20,000 bases of DNA, from contig MEDY01000014.1 in the NCBI GenBank assembly GCA_001724265.1, positions 183,288-203,287 on the forward strand, written 5' to 3'. The position numbers and the translations under genes are program-made. The notes beneath the pieces were generated by a model. It was given only the letters and a program-made list of their open reading frames with translations. It did no database searches and had not been told where the DNA came from. Shown here in pieces: positions 12,042-20,000 of the stretch. Within the stretch, counting starts at the first letter, position 1. Every line of letters begins with the position of its first letter. The DNA is from Rhizaria sp. SCN 62-66. Lineage: Eukaryota.

Positions 12042-12298
12042 CTGCCGGCTTCGGCGAGAAGGATGGCGACAACGAAGAGGAAGAGGAGGAAGAGGAGGAT
12101 GAGGGCAGTAGTCGCTGCAATAGCTCGGTCAACCGCCGCCGGGTGGCGCCCGCGAACCGTCGCAACTCCGACGACGATGATGACGAGGAAGAAGAAGTAG
12201 TGTTACCTGCGATCGGCGGAGCCCGCCACAACGATGGTTGCGATGATCAGCCTGCAGCGGATGAGGACGATGACGATCTTGCTGATTGGGACGTATAA
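6038..12298 (+). CDS. FCP1: FCP1-like RNA polymerase II CTD phosphatase (HAD/FCPH domain, fragmented BRCT domain, acidic tail), 2,086 aa
   Basis: N-terminal CTH...CALCG motif. HAD motif LLLILDLDETL (DxDxT at 6296-6310). VHVRPG, FDIAVFTMGDRPYADAIVRLLDP, MVALDDKTSVW, NHVIQVRPFDY, LTALHAVFY. BRCT-like pieces VVIALSGLLP...YNLGAEAV, PTHLLG...GTSAK and IRIVAERWLGACRESWAHADETPF. Asp/Glu-rich C-terminus. Ends at TAA 12296-12298. Confidence 0.9.
8138..8176 (+). repeat. Coding microsatellite (TCT)9(GCT)4, poly-Ser/poly-Ala
   Basis: Perfect trinucleotide runs inside an FCP1 low-complexity insertion. Confidence 0.9.
11984..12103 (+). repeat. Coding GAC/GAT and GAG/GAA repeats, poly-Asp and poly-Glu acidic tract of FCP1
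   Basis: DDDDSDDDDDDDDDDDDDD...EEEEEEEEDE read directly from the frame. Confidence 0.9.
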
Positions 12299-12920
12299 AC
12301 TCCTGATGTATCTCGTTTTGCACCGTTGTGAACATTACAACGGAGTGTTACGCTGACGATGACACTCGACAAAACTGCGGCTGTGTCCACAATGATATCC
12401 TCGCAATATTTTTGGTTCTACAAAGGAGCAACTTAAAGTCATATACTGAAGTTGCCTTAATACATATTTCTCACATTTTTTATGGCCGTATGCACTATTA
12501 TGTGAAGTTATCATTCTTGAAGAGCGTTGTGTTTGTTGTTTCTTAAGTCTCGCCGTGCTTTCTTGCCCGTGTTGACTGGAGTGAACTTAGATGACATTAT
12601 AGAGTGACCAGATGACGAGCTGTAGATATAATATTTTATTGACACGTTTACCTGTTGATTTACTTCGTATGTCATAACGGCGCGTTCTATTGACGGATTA
12701 TAGATTATCTGCATAACATGAATCGCATCATGTATGGGATCTTAATCTTTGCGCACGTCGCATTTAATCAGAGAATTTCACATCAAATACTGAGTGCGAG
12801 AGAATGAATTTGATGTCAGATGTATTGAACAGTGCAGATCTAACACAATCCATACGTAACCTGTGATAAACCAATGTTCAGTCTGTGATTTCAGACAATC
12901 TTTTGAGTCTGCGTGGCGCC

Positions 12921-15900
12921 ATGGATACTTTCCTCGCGTCAGCAAGTGCTTTGGCACGACGCACACTTGCTACATGCACGACACAGAGTTCTAAGCAGAG
13001 ACCAACTGATCACCGTGCGATTGAGCACCCACGTGAGCTGGTTGGCGAACACCTCGTGCTCTTGGATGCTCTTGAGGCCCTGCTTGCGCGTGAGGACCAA
13101 CCAGGAGATCTCTCTGCCTCCTTCGCTATTGCATCATGCGCGCCGGAGACACACACGACCGCTGACGCGCTACAGCTTTTTCTGTGCGAGGCATAGTCGC
13201 GCGAAACCCATGCCCTTGCGTGCACGTCGTTATCGCTGCTTAGTCTGCTTATGTTCGCACCGACTACCGCGCCGTCGCGGTCGCACGCCCCCGCAGCTGC
13301 TGCCGCTGGCACAGCTGGCTCTGGCCCTGCCGTGGTTTTCTCCCCGCTTTCCCCCTGGCGCCCCCCAGCCACGCGCACTGCGGCTGCCGCAGTTGTTGCC
13401 GCTGTGCACGCGCACAACGTTATCTTCCTCAAACGCACAGTCGCCGCAGCCGCCATCGCTGCAACTGCCACTGCTGCACCGCTTTCACTGTCATCGTCGT
13501 CGCTCGCGACCGCGCTCGCGCCCCCGCTTTCCGCCCCCGCGCTAGTACCCCTGTTAGCGCGCTCATCACGGACAGCATTTGCTCTCGCGCACTCGCTCGC
13601 CGATGACATCACGTTGAACGACTCGCATGCACACGCACTCAATGTGTCCGCGATTGCAGACACCACAGCGCCTGCGTACTCTGACGTGCTAGCGCGCGCC
13701 CACTACCTGATGCCTGCCACAGGCGGGGGCTGGGCGCCTTTGCTGTTAACGTCGCCGCTGCATGCTGCTGTTGTGCATTGCATGCTGTCACTGGCCGCGC
13801 GCGCCACGGAGGCTGCGACCGCGGCAGGTGCTCCAGTGCACGGCGCACTGCCGCGCTGGCTCTTGGGCCCGCTTGCGGCCCTCGTTGCCGACTGTGCTGC
13901 GCTTGCATCCACGTCTACGTCTAGTGCAGCCACGCAATCTTCTCGGCTTGGCACCGCTGCGACGCGCGTGCTAGCAGCAGTTGTGTCGTCACTTGCCGCT
14001 GCGCCTGCGCCCACATCAGTGTATCCGCCCTTTGAGGGACCTGCTGATGCGACACCCGCTGAGAATAGCGATGATGATCACGAAGCCACTTCGAACGACA
14101 TGGTGGACGACAACGCATTTGCACTTGCACCGTCTGCTTGGCTGCCACATGCGGGCCCGCCGTTCGCAACAGTCACTGCATCCACACATCGCGGACCTCG
14201 GGTGACAACGCGCCTTCTGGCGCGCACACTCGCTGATGCGTCACAGGCTGCAACGAATGCACGCGCTGATGATACGAGTTTGCATAATACTGCCGTGCGC
14301 GCTTTTGCAGAGAAGCTCAATCTGCAGACTGGGGGACGTGTGGTTGTGCCGCTGCTCGCAGTTGCCGCATTGCAGAGTGCACTACCTGGTTTGACAAGTG
14401 CTGCTGCTGCTGCTGCCGTGAATGCCTCCGACTCTGATGTTGCAGTTGCAGCTGTTATTACAGCGGGGCGGGTTGCAGCTGCACTGGCTTTGTGCGTTGC
14501 CGCAGGCGCTGACCTGCCTGCTGCGCCAGTTCCAGCGCAGGCGTGGGCGTGGGCGCCCCGGACCGCCGCGCGAGCACTGTGCTCGGTGTCTATTGGTGCA
14601 TCTGACAAGAGCGGTGTGCCGACTCTGCGTCCGGCGCCCGCTGCCGTTGCGGTGCTGCTGAGCGTTGCTGCCGCACCCGCAACGAAGGGCCTTGCGGCGT
14701 GCGCTGATGCACCGCTACCTGTGGCAGCTGCAATTGCTGCGCAAACGCTGCTTCGTACTGCGCTGACTGTGATGCAGTCTTCCGCACCGGACATTCGTGC
14801 TACTCTTTGCACTGTTGCCCTTGCAGCGTGGCGCTTAATGCGGCTTGTCGGCGCTGCAGTCCTTGCCACCACAGCAACGCTTGGCGCGCCGGCACCGCTT
14901 TCCGTTGCACTCGCAGCAGCCGTGTCTATGTCCCACCCTCGTGCGACCATGGAGTCGCTTTGGCAGCTATCTGCGGACATGATGCAGACAACGTCTGCAC
15001 TTGCGCCGTCTGAAGCTTTGGCCGCCGTCGCTGCAGCTGCAGGTGAAGTCACGCCAAGCCAAGCATCTTCAGGCGCCGTGGCGATGGCTGCACTTGTTCG
15101 CACGTTGGCGGCGATTGCGGCGCCTTCTGCGGCTATGCGTGAACAAGCGCAGACTCTTGCGCAGTCTCAGGCACGTGCGTTACACGCATCTGATCCCCAT
15201 GCCGCACTTACGCTCGAGGACCTTAATGATGGTGACGTCGATACTACTCTGCTGGGCACACTCAACGACTCAATTGCTGTAAGTGCCGTCTCGCGGGGTG
15301 TCTCGTGTGGCTCTACGAGAGCCCGCAACTACGTAGCCACTGTTCTCAGCGCATTGATTGCGGCAGCACTCTCAGAGGCACAAACAAGCGCGACATCCGG
15401 TTCTATTGCAGAGGCAGTGATCAGAGCGGCAACTTACAGTTCCTCTGTTCTCTCCAGAGTAGCAGCGTCGCACCCACGCCTGCTCACCCTGTTACTTCGG
15501 GCTGCTGCTCACACAGCTCGCACTCACTCTGCTCCAGTGGCTCAAGCTGTCAAACCCTTGTGCACACCCTCGACCGTGACCAGCGTGCGCATGTTGACGA
15601 CGGCTGCGCTGGCGCAACTGCTGGCCACGTTGCACCCACAGAAAACCTGCGCTGTAGACTGCGAGTGTGCGCTGCTGTCCCAGTCTGGTATCCACTGTAC
15701 CCGCGTTGCAGTCCGTGCGTGGGACCACGCGTTGGCCGCCACTGCAGCGCTGGCGCCCGCTCTGTCGTGCTTGTCTGCTGGTGCCACTCCAGGCTCCGCC
15801 GCCGCAGCTGCCGCGTCATGTGCTGTACTGGACCTTGCTGGTGCCTTTGCCACACTTCCGCCATCAGTAACGGTCGCCAGCGCTCCAGGTGGGCAGTCGC

Positions 15901-18461
15901 TGCCAGCGCTGTGGCTGTTGGGCGCTTTCCCGTCGCCGCCGCCGGCTCTTGTCGCTGCGGTGCGCGCAACGGCCGCTGCGCTTTAGGATACCGCGGGCGC
16001 TGTGCCCCGCATGCACGCAACGACTGCCGCTGCGCTGCTTGCTTCACTGCGCGGCGCCACCGCAGCCTGGGGCGCAGACCCCACAGTTGCTGCGGTGGAT
16101 AAACAGTTTGTTGGCGACAGCTCGACGGGTGAGGCTGATCACGGAGTACCTGAGGCCGTTTCCCAGGCATTGCGCGCCAGGCTTGAGATCGCCTTGAGTG
16201 TTGCTTCTGCGGCCTCGGCTGCTTCTGCTTCCACAAGTGTTTCTGTTTCAGCACGAGCAGTTTCTTTGACTGCCACTGAAAATGTCGTCTCTTGTGCAGC
16301 ATCACATTCCGTTGCACAGACCTTAACAACGACAGAGTCTTCTGTGACAACCGCCTCCTTGTCTGGGACCTCTGTCCCAGCACCTTCATCCACACCTGCA
16401 CAAGCCGCGGATGCAGCTTTACCGCCACCGACGCCGCCACAGTCGCCTGACGCCGCGTTCGCGTGGGTGCTGCTGTCTCTCTCCCGCGCACTGCCTGGCC
16501 CAGCGCCATCAGCGTCCGCAGGTCCCGCGCCGACCGATGTAGCGGACTGGGCACCGCGTTTCGAGGCCGTATTTAACGCGGCAGTTGAGGCTGCCGTCGC
16601 CCAAACGCGCGCTGCAGCGGGCGCGGGCTTAGCTGCGGCTGAAGACGCCGCCGCAGAGGCAGCCGCTGCCGCTGCCGCTGAAGCTGTTTCACAGTGCGCC
16701 TCTGCTGACGCAGCTGCGCGCGAGCATGTGATGCAGACTGACTTTGCGAAGCGCGAACGCGCCGCTGCAGCCGCCCACGAGGAGGCTCTGAAGCGCGCAG
16801 TAGCGGCTGCTCGCGAAGAGGGCGCTGCCGCGCTAGCTGCCGCTAAGAGCGCTGCCGCGGCTGAAAGCGTGAAAGCCGCTCGTCAATTCGCCACGCGCGC
16901 CGCCGATGCCGCCAGCAAGACTGAGGCGGCCGAGACCCGCGCTGCAGCGGCCGAGACCAGGGCCAGCACGGCTGAGGCGCGCGCTCGTGTCGCCGCCGCG
17001 GCTGCATCTGCGACTGCTGACACCGTGACTGCGCAGCGCGAGGAGCTGGCCACGCTGCGTGCTGGTGCCGAGGAGGCCCGGGCTGCAGTGGCGCGGGCAA
17101 CTGCGCGCGCGGATGCCGCGGCACTTGCGGAGGTAGACCTTGCAGCAGGGCTCGCCGCCGCACGTGCGCGCGCCGCGGCCGCAGAGGACGCACGTGCTGC
17201 TCTCGAAGACCAGGTTATTGCCGCAGATCGCGCAATGACAGCTGCACGTGCTGACGCGGCGGCTGCCCGCGCTGAGACCGCTGCTGCGATGACGCGCGCT
17301 GAAGAGGGCGCCGCTAATGCGGCAGCTGCGATGCTGCGCGCTGACGCCAGCGATGCCCGCGCCGCGCGCGCTGAGGCCGCAGTCGCAGGCGCGCTTGCTG
17401 CGACAGCGGACGCTGTCGCCAAGGCGGCTGAAGCGGAGACGCGCGCTGGTAATGTCGATGCTCGCGTTGCAGCTGTTGAGGCCCGCGCTGCCGAGCGTGC
17501 GACTGCGACTGAACGCGCTCTGTCTGAGGCTGAGACGGAAACTAAGGCGGCGCGCGAGGCCGAGGCCGCTGCGCGTGCTCAGAGTGAAAGGGCGCGCGCG
17601 CGTCTCGCTGCAGTGCGCGCCGAGGCGGCCTCACAACGGGCTGAGGCTGAGGCTGAGGCTGCGAAGAGCGCTCAGACTGGCGCCGCAGCGCAGGCACTTG
17701 CACATGCCGCGGCTGAAGCTGCACGTCGCCAGGTCCGCGCCGCCAAGGCCTCCGTTGCTGAAGCCGTTGCTGCGCGCCAGGCCGCCGAAGCTGCGATGGC
17801 CGCAGCGGCTCAGGATGCGGCGCGTGCGCGTGCTGAGGCCAGCGAGGCGGTCGCGGCGCTGAGCCGTGCGCGCGCTGATGCGACGCAGCGGCGCGCTGCT
17901 GAGGCGGCTGCGTGGCAGACGGAGCGCGCGACACTGCTGCAACAGGGCCAGCGGCAAGCGGCGCGCGCCGGCGACGCTGAGGCGTCATTGTCAACGGCAA
18001 CACTTGAGATCACTGCGTTGCGCCGCGAGCTGGAGCGTGTGAAAGCCGCAACAGAGGCAGAGAAGAGCGCGCTGAGGACGCAGTTGGCACGCATGCGGGC
18101 TACGGCTGAAGCTGCGGAGCGCGGGGCGGAGGAGCAGGCTGCGGCTGCAGCAGCTTGCGCGCGTGAGGCGGCCGAGCTCGGCGCCCGTGCCGCGACTCTG
18201 GGCTGGCGTATGGCGCAGATCCAAGTGCAGGCACCGGGCTCGGCCAACGCCAGCGGGACGGGAGCGGACACTCACACCTTCACAGCAGCGGTGCCTTCTG
18301 AATCGTGGCTAATGGATGAGTGGCGGAAGCACGCTGGAAGTGCAAACATTTCGGCGCGCTCTATGTCGCCGGTGCCTCACGAGGATGTCTCTCTTGCGAC
18401 AGAGACGAACAAGTCGATGAACGCTTCTGGTGCTCAGAAAAGCAGGAGGTCGCATAATTAA
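12921..18461 (+). CDS. Large Ala-rich hypothetical protein (~1,846 codons): predicted helical N-terminal region and long C-terminal coiled coil. Contains two in-frame TAG codons (13194-13196, 15984-15986)
   Basis: ATG at 12921 in gccATGg context. Track ORFs 12885..13196, 13251..15986 and 16002..18461 share one frame and are joined by single TAG codons with coding-like bridges (EA*SRETHALACTSLSLLSLLMFAP; AAL*DTAGAVPRMH). A/E/R-rich heptad-like region ~16550-18220. Ends at TAA 18459-18461, where the sequence becomes abruptly AT-rich. Confidence 0.75.
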
Positions 18462-19708
18462 GATATATCTATTGCAATTAACTTTCTTTTCGTGTCCGCA
18501 GCTTTATTTACTTTCTTACATAATAGGTCTAGTTACATAGAATACACTGTGACTTCAAGTCAAAGCAATTACATGATAGTAGACATAAGTATGGCTCCAG
18601 CCGACTTCATCCGCATCTACATGAGCTGGGCCTCGTAAACCGCGTCGACGCAGTAACCACCGCAGACAGATTGTCTGGTGACGGTGTTTCCATCTCTCCT
18701 GTTCCTCCTGCTTATGGCAACCGTCGTTTTGATGACCTTAGGTCTAATGGAGCAGTGATCTTTGGAGCCGGGATGTCTCGCAACGACTGCTGCAACTCAC
18801 ATGAGCACAATAGTAACTAACACCATATCTCTGGCTTACACTTTTAGCCCGAACCTCTACCAGCGCTCTTGTTCGAGCCTCGTTTTGCTCGACCCAACGA
18901 CAACGCTATCTCGAGAGCATTCATTCTCTTCGACTCGGACCAGTCAAAGACACATCTCTTGACACTTCTAAGCTACAAAAGTATAGAAATTAGACATAAT
19001 ACGATGTCGTCCATTCTGCCACACCATTAATTCATTAATAGGCGCCGATTGACACTGCCAATCACATTAAAAAATATGAGCTTGACAGGTTTTGCTGCCT
19101 GCCCGAGCAACCCACGAATCTCAAGCTACCACAGTACATCGTCCATCAATAGCAGTGATACAAATAAAATCAAATGCTAACGCTCACAGATAATAAAACT
19201 CCGAAATACCAAGTTATCCCACAATAGAGAACGAACAGTATTGCTATTTTTGTGAGCGCGCTTGATCGACTTGTGGTCGGTCAATGCGCGGTGACTGTGG
19301 GCCTGGGAGGATGACCGTGAGCTAAGTGAGATCGAGGCCTCTAAGTACTCCGCAAACTCGGGACCGCGGGCGGCCTGGGAGGACCGGGGCGCGCTCTTCA
19401 CACGCCCTTTGCGGCCGACTTTGATATCCCTAAGCCATAGCGAATATTTTATCGAATTGTCTTGGGCCTTTATATCCGCTGCTCTTGCCCGATGGCTATC
19501 CGCGATCCCGTTCCCCGATTTCTGACCACTGATTAGTGCCACTGCAGGACTGGCTTTTGCGGGCAGCAGTCTGTCCCCTCTCTGAGCCCCGTCGTGTCGC
19601 CTGCCGGGACGACTGCCGGATCCTGGCGTGAAGTCTGCCGCATGTCTGAGTTGCTCCCCTGAGTCCTCATGCTTTACTAGATGAGCCCCGCACTCTCCCG
19701 CTTCTTCC

Positions 19709-19781
19709 GTACCCTTTCCTTTGTGTCACCGTTCTCATCCATCTTGCCCTCTCTCTGCTCCCCGCCCGCCCCCGTGTGTAG
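19709..19781 (+). other. Polypyrimidine tract and 3' splice acceptor immediately before the RPL13 start codon (5'-UTR intron or trans-splice acceptor)
   Basis: Long C/T-rich tract ending ...cccgtgtgtag|ATG. Candidate donor gtaccc at 19709 is uncertain. Confidence 0.6.
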
Positions 19782-20000
19782 ATGGTCAAGCACAACAACG
19801 CCATTGCCAACAACCACTTCCGCAAGGACTGGCAGAACCACATCAAGACCTGGTTCGACCAGCCCGCGCAGAAGGTTGCTCGTGCCGCCAAGCGCGTCGC
19901 GAAGGCCAAGAAGCTCTTCCCCCGCCCCACCGAGGCTCTCCGCCCCGTCGTCCGCGGCCAGACCAACAAGTACAACAAGAAGGTCCGTGCCGGCCGTGGC
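19782..20000 (+). CDS. RPL13: 60S ribosomal protein L13 (eL13), 5' partial
   Basis: [73 protein letters not shown] matches the conserved eL13 N-terminus. Strong C/G-ending codon bias. Absent from the ORF track because it runs off the window. Confidence 0.97.
   Translation, partial: MVKHNNAIANNHFRKDWQNHIKTWFDQPAQKVARAAKRVAKAKKLFPRPTEALRPVVRGQTNKYNKKVRAGRG

Noticed and set aside
1211-15986. Short in-frame introns ending in TAG as the explanation for the internal stops (e.g. plus 15960-15986 GTGCGC...CTTTAG, 27 nt; minus 1270-1211 GTGCGC...GTGTAG, 60 nt)
   Set aside because: GTGCGC (Val-Arg) is very common in this GC-rich coding DNA. The candidates are codon-like and lack the long pyrimidine tract seen at the RPL13 acceptor. 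The TAG at 1862 has no good frame-preserving donor that spares the ankyrin repeat. Disfavoured, but not excluded without RNA-seq.
1211-15986. Pseudogenisation, programmed readthrough or pyrrolysine as explanation for the TAGs
   Set aside because: No frameshifts or other stop types in about 2,700 codons of the two genes. No shared downstream context. Pyrrolysine is not known in eukaryotic nuclear genes. Nonsense decay remains a minority alternative.
179-18275. Numerous overlapping or antisense ORFs in the track (e.g. 635..1744 +, 5951..6889 -, 10493..11683 -, 14078..15103 -, 15550..16554 -)
   Set aside because: Arg/Ala/Gly-rich shadow frames expected from very high GC coding sequence; no recognisable motifs.
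18533-19030. Near-open plus-strand frame in the spacer (one TAA at 18818, one TAG at 18845; ...PEPLPALLFEPRFARPNDNAISRAFILFD...)
   Set aside because: No suitable start, codon style unlike the real genes and no recognisable domain. Could be a degraded remnant but cannot be supported.
19296-19340. Superficial resemblance to Alu/7SL sequence (gggaggat...gag...gatcgaggc)
   Set aside because: Short and gapped; no proper SRP helix 8 motif or poly(A) tail found.
5626-19978. Small ORFs in AT-rich spacers or antisense to RPL13 (5626..5847, 12328..12546, 12511..12714, 12778..12966, 18762..18962, 19177..19542, 19667..19978)
   Set aside because: Short, several with non-ATG starts, lacking the codon bias of the real genes. 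19667..19978 is the antisense shadow of RPL13.
1-20000. Prokaryotic-type systems (CRISPR arrays, operons, IS elements), tRNA or rRNA genes
   Set aside because: None seen. eL13, FCP1 and a spliceosomal acceptor indicate eukaryotic nuclear DNA.

Overview
Compact, GC-rich eukaryotic (probably protist) genomic DNA. There are five protein-coding genes separated by short, more AT-rich spacers. The coding regions look intronless, and the four large genes encode very Ala-rich proteins. In order: an ankyrin-repeat gene (minus strand, running off the left edge); a secreted or membrane protein with a folate-receptor-like Cys-rich domain; a 2,086-aa FCP1-like RNA polymerase II CTD phosphatase; a ~1,846-codon helical plus coiled-coil protein; and the 5' end of ribosomal protein L13 (eL13). 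Main finding: two of the genes are each interrupted by two isolated in-frame TAG codons, with seamless coding sequence on both sides. No internal TAA or TGA was found, and the three visible gene ends are TGA, TAA and TAA at the coding/intergenic composition boundary. This suggests a rare nuclear genetic code in which UAG alone is a sense codon (amino acid unresolved; Gln or Leu most plausible). Second theme: conserved domains (FCP1 BRCT, folate-receptor-like domain) are split by very long in-frame Ala-rich insertions.
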